From an uncultured Winogradskyella sp. (GTDB lineage Bacteria > Bacteroidota > Bacteroidia > Flavobacteriales > Flavobacteriaceae), in NCBI RefSeq assembly GCF_947496485.1, contig NZ_CANMCZ010000001.1, forward strand, positions 55,596 to 119,595: a stretch of DNA of 64,000 nucleotides, written 5' to 3'. Made by a program: the position numbers and the translations under genes. Each line of letters begins with the position of its first letter. Position 1 is the stretch's first letter. Shown here in pieces: positions 1 through 9,106 of this stretch. The notes beneath the pieces were generated by a model that saw only the letters and a program-made list of their open reading frames with translations, had not been told where the DNA came from and did not search any database.

Positions 1-858
1 GGTTCCAAAGTCAAAATACGCTTTGTTTGTAAATATATTTTCAATAAGGTGGTAATGTAAAAAATCTAAACTTCCCAATTCATTTTTATTTTGGTTACCA
101 GAGATATACTGGCAATGTGCCACATTTTCGGTTTCAAATATTGTAGTACCACCTACAATTACGCCATCTTTAAACACATTAAACTGTCTTATATTGTTTT
201 TAAAACGAGATTTTAATAATGTTATTTCTTCCAAACTATGTACAGGTTTTACATTATGTTTAGCTTCTAAATTTGGAATTAAAATTGTATTCCAAAAGAT
301 ATCAAAACTATTTGATTCTTCAACACTCAAGTTAGACTTAGCGGCCCTTTTAACACCTTCTTTTCTGCTATTTGAATACGATTTAAACTTAGTATTTACA
401 ACAGAATGCATATCGGTTCTTAATAATTCTGCTTTGACTTTAAATAACAAATAAGCCATTGGATTATTTGTTTGATTATGCAGATAGATGTTTGGGAGTT
501 CTTTCATAACCAAATTCTTTAGGCCATTATCATTTAAAAATTTTAAAATAGCCTTAAAGCTATTAATAGCTTCAGTTGATTTTAATTCCTTACTAAAAAG
601 CATTCCACCGTAAGTCAAACCTTGATGCGAATAAACAGTACCCTCTAATATGTTAGCAGGCAATACAACTATAAGCTTGTCATTCTTATAGATCATCAAT
701 GAAAAATCCTGAAATCTATCACTATGATAGTCCATAAAGTCTCTATGAAACAAAAAAGTGTCTTGATTGCTTTTTTGGACAAAGTCGTTCCAAACTTTAT
801 AATCGTCTTTACTATATTTTTTTACTCGAATAATAATTGCAGTCTTTAGTTTATCAAT
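1..858 (-). CDS. FemAB/GNAT-like N-acyltransferase (3' end runs off the left edge; start codon uncertain)
   Basis: Missing from the ORF track. My translation of the minus strand found no stop in the lines I translated (1-60 and 241-858): ...VWNDFVQKSNQDTFLFHRDFMDYHSDRF...YSHQGLTYGG...FWNTILIPNLEAKHNVKPV...YFDFGT, matching the flavobacterial 'methicillin resistance/GNAT' family found near surface-glycan loci. In-frame TAA at 861-859 bounds the 5' end. Confidence 0.8.
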   Translation of the reverse strand, partial: MDKLKTAIIIRVKKYSKDDYKVWNDFVQKSNQDTFLFHRDFMDYHSDRFQDFSLMIYKNDKLIVVLPANILEGTVYSHQGLTYGGMLFSKELKSTEAINSFKAILKFLNDNGLKNLVMKELPNIYLHNQTNNPMAYLLFKVKAELLRTDMHSVVNTKFKSYSNSRKEGVKRAAKSNLSVEESNSFDIFWNTILIPNLEAKHNVKPVHSLEEITLLKSRFKNNIRQFNVFKDGVIVGGTTIFETENVAHCQYISGNQNKNELGSLDFLHYHLIENIFTNKAYFDFGT

Positions 859-864
859 TTAAGC

Positions 865-2343
865 TTAATTAAGTATATCTCCTTGATCATTAATTAATTT
901 TTCTACACTTTTAAAGCCAAAAGAATTTAATCTTAGATTGTAGCTCGAATCATCTTCCAAGTGCTTTAGATATTTTTTATCCTTACTTAATGCAGAAAAT
1001 AAAACACGAAACAAGTTGACATTAGTTTTTAAGTCCTTATCGTAATCTTGTTCTAAATTACCATTCCATTTAATCGCAGCAATGTTAGAAAAAGTAGAGT
1101 TTATTAATTCAGTTTCAGTGTTAGAATACAAATCATTAAAACTTTTTAGACCTACCCAACCACCATGGTCTGCCAATATAATAATAATACTATTTTCGTC
1201 TTTATCAGTAATATAACTTATGGTACTTTTTAACCAAGTATTTACGTCTTCAATGCGTTCATTATACCTATTTCGTTCTTTAATAATAACATCATCTATC
1301 TTAGGAAACCCAACGTGATGTGGAAGTAATTTTTCAATAAAAAAGAATTTCGGGTTTTCATTTTGATGTTTCATAGCAAGTTTCAAATCAACAAATACAT
1401 CCCTTACCTCCTCATCTCCTTTGCTATAAAACGGAAAATCATCTAAAGCTATATTAAAATAATCAAATGCTTGCTGTTTTCTGTTTTGTTGAAAGTATTC
1501 ATCTTGAGCAATAAAATAGGTGGTATAGTTATTATTCTTAAAGATAGAAGCTACAGGATTAGAAGTTGAGATAACCTCTCTTGCATTAGCCATTTCAATT
1601 TCAGGAAAAAGCATATTGGCGAATTTATGTTGCTTCATTGCAAACAAAGACGCGTTTGAAGTTAAACTTGCAGGATAATTACTTCTAAAATTATCATAGA
1701 CTTTAAATTCATTTTGTTCTAACCATAGATATAAATCGCTTTTAAAATCATATGGTGATTTTTCTAAAGTACTCTGCGAAACATAACCATCTGGCTGGAT
1801 AAGGTAAATATTTGGTGACGATTTAAACTTTACATCCATAATGTCATCATCTTGCCTTGTCCAATATTCTGGTTTTACATCTTCATACAGATGAACAATC
1901 ACTCTGAAGAAGGATAAACTAGAAAAAAAGAAAAGAAATATGATTACCTTTTTGTAGTTCTTCTTTGGTCTTTTCCAAAAGAATAAGCCCAAGACTACTA
2001 ATCCTGTGATAAGAACAATTCGCTTTAATGGAGATACGAAAAAGGTATGCGACAAGAATACAAATACAGCGCATAATAAAACTATTAGAAGTAGATATTT
2101 TGTATTCTTCTTAAATTTTTGATTTTTTGCAAAAACTAAATACAATAACGTATAGATTAAGAATGATGAACCAATAAAAACCAGAGAAAAAAATAAAAGA
2201 TGGGACCAAGAGTTTACTGCCCAATAGTTGTTAGCATAATAAAAAAGCATAGGGGTTAATCCACTTATTAGTGCAGCCAGATATGGAGCGTGGTTTTCGC
2301 TATTAATAAAATTATCTATTTGCTTCTTTAATCTATTTACCAT
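865..2343 (-). CDS. Membrane-anchored sulfatase/LtaS-like (alkaline phosphatase superfamily) protein, paralog 3
   Basis: About 5 N-terminal TM helices, then SPNIYLIQPDGY, RSNYPASLTS and IIILADHGG motifs. Start placed at MVNRLK (2343) by analogy with MVNNLR of paralog 1. Confidence 0.8.
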   Translation of the reverse strand: MVNRLKKQIDNFINSENHAPYLAALISGLTPMLFYYANNYWAVNSWSHLLFFSLVFIGSSFLIYTLLYLVFAKNQKFKKNTKYLLLIVLLCAVFVFLSHTFFVSPLKRIVLITGLVVLGLFFWKRPKKNYKKVIIFLFFFSSLSFFRVIVHLYEDVKPEYWTRQDDDIMDVKFKSSPNIYLIQPDGYVSQSTLEKSPYDFKSDLYLWLEQNEFKVYDNFRSNYPASLTSNASLFAMKQHKFANMLFPEIEMANAREVISTSNPVASIFKNNNYTTYFIAQDEYFQQNRKQQAFDYFNIALDDFPFYSKGDEEVRDVFVDLKLAMKHQNENPKFFFIEKLLPHHVGFPKIDDVIIKERNRYNERIEDVNTWLKSTISYITDKDENSIIIILADHGGWVGLKSFNDLYSNTETELINSTFSNIAAIKWNGNLEQDYDKDLKTNVNLFRVLFSALSKDKKYLKHLEDDSSYNLRLNSFGFKSVEKLINDQGDILN

Positions 2344-2354
2344 TATTATCACTA

Positions 2355-3845
2355 CTATTCAATCTTATTAAATACTGCCAATCCAGACTCATCAATATAC
2401 TCATAAATACCTGTCGGAGCACCTTTTCTAATGATGATATAACTTTTATTGTCTTGTAGGTTATCCAAATATGATTCATCTTCGCTTAAATGCGAAAATA
2501 AGACCCTAAATAAGTTTACCGAGGTTTTAATCTCAGAATCAAAATTTGGTCTTGTATTATTTGGCCATTTTATAGCTAATATTGAAGAAAACATTGAGTT
2601 AATTAATATTGGATCTGTGACTTTAGTCTTACTCTCTATTGTGTAATTAAAACCTACAAAACCACCATGATCTGCTGCGATAATAATTAAACCGTTAGGA
2701 TCCTTTTCAGTAATAAAATTTACCAACTCCATTAACCATTCATTAGCTTGCCCAACTTGCTCTAAGTACTTAACCCTTTCTTTTTCTGCGGAGCTAGAAG
2801 CTTTATACTCTGTAGTAATATGACTGGGTAACATAGACTCAATAAAAAAGAAGTTAGAAGTATATTTATTTTCAATTATTGCCGCCTTCGTATCTTCTAT
2901 TAATTCTTTTTGCTTTGAAAAACCTCTAGAAATATACGACACTTCATCTAATGAAAAATTACAATAATCAAAGTCAATATTAGGTCTATTAGAAAGTAAA
3001 TAAGGCACTTGAAGCATTAAAAACGTTTTATAGTTATTGTGCTTCAAAATTCTTAAAACAGGATTGCTTTCAACAATTTCATTTCTTCTATTATGCCTTG
3101 GGTTAATACCAAGAGTTGTATTTCCGTAATAGTGATGTTTCATTGAAAACATAGAACTATTGGTGCTTAAGGTAGAGTAATAATTGCTACGATAATCATC
3201 ATAAGTTTTAAAACCTTTCGTTTTTAGAAAAACTTCAAACTCACTATTATCATAATTGTAAATTGAATCTTTAAATGTTGAAAAACTAGCATAACCATCT
3301 GGCTGTATCACATATATATTTGGACGTTTTTTAAAGACTACTTTTTCAATAGTATCTGGTTGTTCCATCCATTGCTTTGAATACACAACTTCTCTATAAA
3401 TATCTGGAATCAACTTTGGTAGTACCAAAAAAGCCAGAATAAACTGAATCACAACGATTTTTTTTATGTACTTAGCAAATAATATACCCAAACAAACACC
3501 TAAAACCAAAGACAAGACTAATTTAACTTTTTGAAATCCATATACACTTACTACTATAAATGCAAAGAAGCATACCAAGTTGATAACTGGTAATAAAAAT
3601 CTTCTTATGTTTTCTTTTGGATAAAAATGTTTAAATAAAAAATCTAAAATGAAATACGTTAATAATGGCAGTATGATGTATAAAGAAACTAGGAATAAAA
3701 ATTGCGTCTTTGAGTTTATTAATGCATAGTTCTTATCATAATAGTACATAAGCGCATATAAACTTGAAGCCACTATTGTAATTATGGGATATGCTTTGCT
3801 ATCATTCAAAAAAAGTCTTAGTTTCCTTTTTAAATATCCAAACAT
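2355..3845 (-). CDS. Membrane-anchored sulfatase/LtaS-like protein, paralog 2
   Basis: TM N-terminus; RPNIYVIQPDGY, RSNYYSTLST and IIIAADHGG motifs; clear homology to both flanking paralogs. Confidence 0.8.
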   Translation of the reverse strand: MFGYLKRKLRLFLNDSKAYPIITIVASSLYALMYYYDKNYALINSKTQFLFLVSLYIILPLLTYFILDFLFKHFYPKENIRRFLLPVINLVCFFAFIVVSVYGFQKVKLVLSLVLGVCLGILFAKYIKKIVVIQFILAFLVLPKLIPDIYREVVYSKQWMEQPDTIEKVVFKKRPNIYVIQPDGYASFSTFKDSIYNYDNSEFEVFLKTKGFKTYDDYRSNYYSTLSTNSSMFSMKHHYYGNTTLGINPRHNRRNEIVESNPVLRILKHNNYKTFLMLQVPYLLSNRPNIDFDYCNFSLDEVSYISRGFSKQKELIEDTKAAIIENKYTSNFFFIESMLPSHITTEYKASSSAEKERVKYLEQVGQANEWLMELVNFITEKDPNGLIIIAADHGGFVGFNYTIESKTKVTDPILINSMFSSILAIKWPNNTRPNFDSEIKTSVNLFRVLFSHLSEDESYLDNLQDNKSYIIIRKGAPTGIYEYIDESGLAVFNKIE

Positions 3846-3866
3846 TGACTTAGTATTAAAAATGCT

Positions 3867-5249
3867 TTATGATTTTTTCCTTAGCAGAAATATAACTCTT
3901 TTAGAACCTTCGATTTCCTTTTGTTCTAAAATTTCGAACTCATTAGAATATGCAGAAATGAAATTATCTAAATTGTAAAAACCGAAATGGTCTTTAAAAT
4001 CTGCTTTATTATTCAAAAGACGTTGTACCCAAGAATCTTCGCGTTTTGGAAATTCAATAATTAAATGTTTAGAAAAAGAACTAAAAAATTTAGCAGATTC
4101 GCTAAAAGGCACATTACCAGATAATGACATATGATGTATTACGGCTAGAGCGAGTGTTGCTTCTGGTGCAAAAGCTTCTATTCTATCTAAAAAAGAATCG
4201 CGCTCTTTATTATTTAATCCAATAGCTGCTGAAGGATTTAATACATCTAAAACAAAAGGAAGCATGTTTTGTTCCTTATTCAATTTCATTGTTTTATGAT
4301 TAAAATCAACAGCATTGTTATCAATATCGCAAACTAAAGCTGTTTTAACAGCACTATTTAGTTTTCTTACAAATGTACCGTCATTACCACCAATGTCAAT
4401 TAAACGCTCCGGTTGAATTGTATTAATCCATGTGTTTATAATCTCTGATTTTTTTATAAAAGCATCATCCGTATAGTTAGTCTTATCATAATAATTCCCC
4501 CATTCTGAATGTTCTTTTAGTTCTAATTTTTTAATATAATCGTATAAACTCTGAATGATATTAAGCTGACCTTTTTTTGATAATGAAGCCTCTTTAGCTT
4601 CACCTTTATAATCCTCGTTATGCTTATCTTCTAGCTTAGCTAAAAGGTGAATATTTGAATATAATATCGGGCTCAACTTTGTCTTAAATGGCAGCATAGA
4701 CCTAATCATCTTCACAGGAATACCATCAATAAAATTACTCAATAATTTTAAGGATTGTGCACCATGATAATGCGCCAATAATAAAGGTCCAAAAAAGTGA
4801 GTAATAAATTGTTTGTAAGCTCTCCACGGAGAATTTTCCAGATAAAAATCAAACGATAGTGTATCTATAAAAATAGCTTTCCCTTTATGAAATGTAACAT
4901 TGAAGGCTGTTGCATCTTTTAAAGAAAATCCTTTTTCTAAACTATATTTTTGAAGCTTTAGCGTTAGTAAAGCTGCTTCTTTATACATATTAAAACTCCA
5001 TTCGTAGGGATAGGTAACAAACGGAATTTTTTCGGCCTTTAAGATAATTTCCTGTTCAGAATTTGATACTTCTTCATGAGGAATCAACAAATCATTTTTA
5101 AACAAATTATTATAAAAACCACTTTTCGTAAGTGCATTATATTGGTTAAAGTAGATAGGATTAATAGTCCTTTTTATCTCACCATTGTCTACAAAAATGT
5201 AACCTGAAGGATCTCTAAAAGAGGAAGAATGAGCGTTTTTGGCCTGCAC
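3867..5249 (-). CDS. NoeA-like protein: kinase-like N-terminal domain plus class I SAM-dependent methyltransferase
   Basis: GTG start; SFRDPSG N-terminus, YPYEWSF, LKDATAFN...FIDTLSF, and SAM motif I LIDIGGNDG at about residues 283-291. The resemblance to Sinorhizobium NoeA is from recall. Confidence 0.75.
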   Translation of the reverse strand: MQAKNAHSSSFRDPSGYIFVDNGEIKRTINPIYFNQYNALTKSGFYNNLFKNDLLIPHEEVSNSEQEIILKAEKIPFVTYPYEWSFNMYKEAALLTLKLQKYSLEKGFSLKDATAFNVTFHKGKAIFIDTLSFDFYLENSPWRAYKQFITHFFGPLLLAHYHGAQSLKLLSNFIDGIPVKMIRSMLPFKTKLSPILYSNIHLLAKLEDKHNEDYKGEAKEASLSKKGQLNIIQSLYDYIKKLELKEHSEWGNYYDKTNYTDDAFIKKSEIINTWINTIQPERLIDIGGNDGTFVRKLNSAVKTALVCDIDNNAVDFNHKTMKLNKEQNMLPFVLDVLNPSAAIGLNNKERDSFLDRIEAFAPEATLALAVIHHMSLSGNVPFSESAKFFSSFSKHLIIEFPKREDSWVQRLLNNKADFKDHFGFYNLDNFISAYSNEFEILEQKEIEGSKRVIFLLRKKS

Positions 5250-5262
5250 TTATTTATTATTT

Positions 5263-6753
5263 TCAATCTGTTATGCTTTCAAAAATAACGTTATTATCTT
5301 TATCAATAGCTTTATAAACACCTAATGGTGCTCCTTTTTTAATCGCCAAATAGCTGGCATCTTCTTGTAAGTGTTCTAAATATGAAGCTTCATCAGATAA
5401 ATAGGAAAACAAATTCCTGAAAAAATTTACTGAACTTTTAAACTCTAGGCCTTTTGGTTCTTGTCCATTTGGCCATTTCACAGCCAGAGCAGTAGTAAAA
5501 ACAGATTTTATGAGCTCATCATCATCTTGCTTTATCTTTGCTTCATAAATACTATCCATCCCAACAAAACCTCCATGATCTCCCATAATGATAATTAAAC
5601 CATTGCCATCTTGTTTTTCAATAGTTTCAATCATCATTTTTAACCATTCATTTGCTAATTTAAGATTTTCTATATACTCTAATCGCTCACCCTCTTTGCC
5701 TAAATTATCATAACGCGATTGTGCAATATGCGCTGGAGATAATTTTTCAATGAAATAGAAATTCTTAGAATTAGAATTTAATTGCATTGCTGCTTTAATA
5801 TCTACTATCAAATCTCTCTCTATTTGAAATCCATCTGATAAATAAGGCATATCTGAGTATAAAATGTTATTGTAATCGTAATTCATCTCAGGACGACTAA
5901 CGATTAGATATTCATTTTCAAGAAGTAATGATGTGCTATAATTATTCTTTTTAAATATGTCTATTACAGGATTATTACCAGCTATAATACTTCTAGATTT
6001 ATAAGATTCTACGCGCTTTTGATCCATATAGTTGTAATAGTGATGTTGCATTGAAAACAAAGAACTATTGGAACTTATTGTAGAAAAATAATTACTCCTG
6101 TAATCATTGTATAAATTAAATCCTTTAGCCGATAGGTAGTTTTCAAATTCAGAATTATCAATCTTATAGTGCCCTTTTTTTAGTTCTGAAAAATTGGCAT
6201 AACCATCGGGTTGAATCAAATATATATTTGGTGTCATTTTAAATACAACGTTTTCTATATCATCAGGTTGTTGCATCCATTCTACCGATTGAAAAATCGA
6301 AGAATAAAGCTTAGGTGTCATAAGAAAGAAGGCAATAAATGCTAAAAACAACTGAAAAACCATAAGTTTTTTAATATGCTTACCAAGCAAAACACCAAGT
6401 AGGAGTGCTATCACCAAAACGATGGTAAAACTCAATATATTTAAACCTGAAGTACAGATAATAATCAGGAAACCAAACCAAAATATATTCAAAATCGGAA
6501 TAATGTATTTTTTAAAAGTTTTTAATGTATTGACTTTGCTGAAAATAAAGCGAAACAAGAAAATTGATAAAAACGGAATGCAAATGAAGGCAACAAGAAA
6601 AAATACAATATGCTTTAAAGAATTAGCGTGACCAAAATTTGAAGCATAATAATAGAAGATTGGATATAAACCGGCTGAAAGTGCAGTTATAAAAGGAAAA
6701 TCTTTATTTGATTTAATGAATTTTAAAATAAACATGCGTAAGTTATTAACCAT
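5263..6753 (-). CDS. Membrane-anchored sulfatase/LtaS-like protein, paralog 1
   Basis: TM N-terminus; TPNIYLIQPDGY, RSNYFSTISS and IIIMGDHGG motifs. Confidence 0.8.
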   Translation of the reverse strand: MVNNLRMFILKFIKSNKDFPFITALSAGLYPIFYYYASNFGHANSLKHIVFFLVAFICIPFLSIFLFRFIFSKVNTLKTFKKYIIPILNIFWFGFLIIICTSGLNILSFTIVLVIALLLGVLLGKHIKKLMVFQLFLAFIAFFLMTPKLYSSIFQSVEWMQQPDDIENVVFKMTPNIYLIQPDGYANFSELKKGHYKIDNSEFENYLSAKGFNLYNDYRSNYFSTISSNSSLFSMQHHYYNYMDQKRVESYKSRSIIAGNNPVIDIFKKNNYSTSLLLENEYLIVSRPEMNYDYNNILYSDMPYLSDGFQIERDLIVDIKAAMQLNSNSKNFYFIEKLSPAHIAQSRYDNLGKEGERLEYIENLKLANEWLKMMIETIEKQDGNGLIIIMGDHGGFVGMDSIYEAKIKQDDDELIKSVFTTALAVKWPNGQEPKGLEFKSSVNFFRNLFSYLSDEASYLEHLQEDASYLAIKKGAPLGVYKAIDKDNNVIFESITD

Positions 6754-6800
6754 GTTTTATTTCTAATTAATACTTGGAGAATAGTATGAGAAAACAATTA

Positions 6801-7010
6801 TTATGATTCCTTTGAGTTATTACTTTCAATATCAGAATCCTCAATATCAATATCATCAAAAACATCGTCTTCAATTGGTTTAGCCATACCTAAAAAAACT
6901 TTAATTTTGTACATTAAGTTTTTAGAGAAAAGCACAACTCCCGCTACTGCTGCTATAATAGCTTGAATAATCATAGCTCCTAAACCTGGATCAAAATATA
7001 GAAATGTCAT
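6801..7010 (-). CDS. Small single-TM membrane peptide with N-terminal Y-x-D-P-G motif and acidic tail (69 aa)
   Basis: MTFLYFDPGLGAMIIQAIIAAVAGVVLFSKNLMYKIK...DDVFDDIDIEDSDIES. Internal ATG at 7010 preferred; a TATCTTTA -7-like element lies at 7026-7033. Confidence 0.7.
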   Translation of the reverse strand: MTFLYFDPGLGAMIIQAIIAAVAGVVLFSKNLMYKIKVFLGMAKPIEDDVFDDIDIEDSDIESNNSKES

Positions 7011-7097
7011 CTCGTTTATTTTTTGTAAAGATATAAAATTAAAAAAAGGAAACACATTATGCGTTTCCTTTTAAAAACCTAAGAATAGGTTATAATA

Positions 7098-8897
7098 TTA
7101 TAGGCTCTTATTACGCTTACGATCTACTTCTTTCAAGTAAATCTTACGTAATCTTATATGATTTGGTGTTACCTCTACATATTCATCTTTCTGAATATAT
7201 TCCAAAGCTTCTTCTAAAGAAAATTTAATTGCAGGTACAATCTTAGCTTTGTCATCTGCACCAGAAGAACGTACATTACTTAACTTTTTAGTTTTAGTTA
7301 CGTTAACCGTCATGTCATCTCCACGAGAGTTTTCACCAATCACTTGTCCTTCATAAATATCTTCACCTGGATCTACAAAAAACTTTCCTCTATCTTGTAA
7401 TTTATCAATAGAATAAGGAATTGCTTGTCCGTTTTCCATAGACACTAAAGATCCGTTTTGACGTTCAGGTATTCCGCCTTTTAATGGCATATATTCTTTA
7501 AAACGGTGAGCCATAATAGCCTCACCAGCAGTAGCTGTTAATAATTGGTTTCTTAATCCAATAATACCTCGAGATGGAACTAAAAATTCACATACCATTC
7601 GTTCACCCTTGGCTTCCATACTTAGCATTTCGCCTTTACGCATCGTTACCATTTCAATGGCTTTACCAGAAACATGCTCAGGTAAATCAATAGTCATTTC
7701 TTCAAAAGGCTCACATTTTACACCATCAATTTCTTTAATAATTACTTGTGGCTGACCAATTTGAAGTTCGTAACCTTCACGACGCATCGTTTCTATTAAA
7801 ACCGATAAGTGTAATACGCCACGTCCAAATACCATAAATTTATCGGCACTATCCGTCTCTTCAACTCTCAGTGCTAAGTTCTTCTCTAATTCTTTAGTTA
7901 AACGATCTTTAATGTGACGAGAGGTTACATATTTTCCATCTTTTCCAAAGAAAGGAGAATCGTTAATTGTAAATAGCATACTCATCGTTGGCTCATCGAT
8001 AGCTATCGTTTTTAAACCCTGTGGATTTTCAAAATCGGCAACAGTATCACCAATTTCAAACCCTTCTAATCCAACAATAGCACAGATATCACCTGTTTGT
8101 ACTTCTTCCACTTTTAAACGCCCTAAACCTTCGAATGTATGTAATTCCTTAATTTTATTTTTAACAATAGAACCATCTCTTTTTACCAAAGAAATTTGTT
8201 GTCCTACTTTTAAGCTACCACGAGTTAAACGACCAATAGCAATACGACCAGTAAATGAAGAAAAATCTAAAGATGTAATTAACATCTGCGTTGTACCTTC
8301 TTCAATTTTAGGCTCAGGAATATGCTCAATAACCATGTCTAATAATGGTTCTACATTTTCAGTTTCATTTTTCCAATCGTCACTCATCCAGTTGTTCTTT
8401 GCAGAACCATAAACCGTTGGAAAGTCTAATTGCCATTCTTCTGCACCTAACTCAAACATTAAGTCAAAGACTTTTTCATGAACTTCATCTGGTGTACAGT
8501 TTTCTTTATCAACTTTATTGATAACTACACATGGTTTTAAACCTAAATCAATTGCTTTCTGCAGCACAAAACGTGTTTGAGGCATTGGTCCTTCAAAGGC
8601 ATCTACTAATAACAAAACACCATCTGCCATATTCAATACACGCTCAACCTCACCACCGAAATCGGCGTGACCAGGTGTATCAATAACATTAATCTTAGTA
8701 TCTTTATATACAACAGAAACATTTTTGGATGTAATAGTAATTCCTCTTTCGCGTTCCAAGTCGTTATTATCTAGAATTAAATCTCCTGTGTTCTCATTTT
8801 CACGAAATAACTGACAGTGGTACATAATCTTATCTACCAATGTTGTCTTACCGTGATCGACGTGTGCAATGATTGCAATATTTTTAATATTAGCCAT
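7098..8897 (-). CDS. typA: Translational GTPase TypA/BipA
   Basis: NIAIIAHVDHGKTTLVD, DTPGHADFGGEVERVL and NKVD motifs; start at MANIKN (8897). Confidence 0.98.
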   Translation of the reverse strand: MANIKNIAIIAHVDHGKTTLVDKIMYHCQLFRENENTGDLILDNNDLERERGITITSKNVSVVYKDTKINVIDTPGHADFGGEVERVLNMADGVLLLVDAFEGPMPQTRFVLQKAIDLGLKPCVVINKVDKENCTPDEVHEKVFDLMFELGAEEWQLDFPTVYGSAKNNWMSDDWKNETENVEPLLDMVIEHIPEPKIEEGTTQMLITSLDFSSFTGRIAIGRLTRGSLKVGQQISLVKRDGSIVKNKIKELHTFEGLGRLKVEEVQTGDICAIVGLEGFEIGDTVADFENPQGLKTIAIDEPTMSMLFTINDSPFFGKDGKYVTSRHIKDRLTKELEKNLALRVEETDSADKFMVFGRGVLHLSVLIETMRREGYELQIGQPQVIIKEIDGVKCEPFEEMTIDLPEHVSGKAIEMVTMRKGEMLSMEAKGERMVCEFLVPSRGIIGLRNQLLTATAGEAIMAHRFKEYMPLKGGIPERQNGSLVSMENGQAIPYSIDKLQDRGKFFVDPGEDIYEGQVIGENSRGDDMTVNVTKTKKLSNVRSSGADDKAKIVPAIKFSLEEALEYIQKDEYVEVTPNHIRLRKIYLKEVDRKRNKSL

Positions 8898-8920
8898 AAC
8901 TGATGCTGATTTTAAGCGCG

Positions 8921-8928
8921 CAAAGGTA
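8921..8928 (-). promoter_or_regulatory. Bacteroidetes -7 promoter element (TACCTTTG) for typA
   Basis: Matches TAnnTTTG, about 24 nt upstream of the ATG at 8897. Confidence 0.65.
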
Positions 8929-9106
8929 CATCTAATTATTCTCAATTCGTTAATTATATGTTATAATTTTATTTTTAAACAATTTGAGTTTGTATCTTTC
9001 GTTAAATATCTGATTAATAGTAAGTAAGCCTATCTTTCAAATCAATCGCTACTTCGGCTATTTACACCTTTAAAAAGGTAAATCTGAACCCTTAAATTAA
9101 AAACAG

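Noticed and set aside
194-454. Short ORF-track entries antisense to or overlapping real genes (e.g. 194-454, 2449-2646, 3784-3978, 6422-6631, 9768-9980, 10111-10329, 22911-23201, 41973-42254, 49225-49629, 61240-61485)
   Set aside because: They lie on the opposite strand or in another frame of well-supported CDSs and show no protein-like motifs; shadow ORFs.
865-6753. Calling the three paralogs polysaccharide sulfatases of the PUL
   Set aside because: No C/S-x-P-x-R formylglycine motif; multi-TM anchor and a T/S nucleophile fit LtaS/EptA-type transferases; they are not linked to SusC/D.
6801-7010. RiPP precursor interpretation of the small peptide
   Set aside because: It is a TM helix with an acidic tail, with no leader/core pattern and no peptidase, transporter or RRE-containing enzyme nearby.
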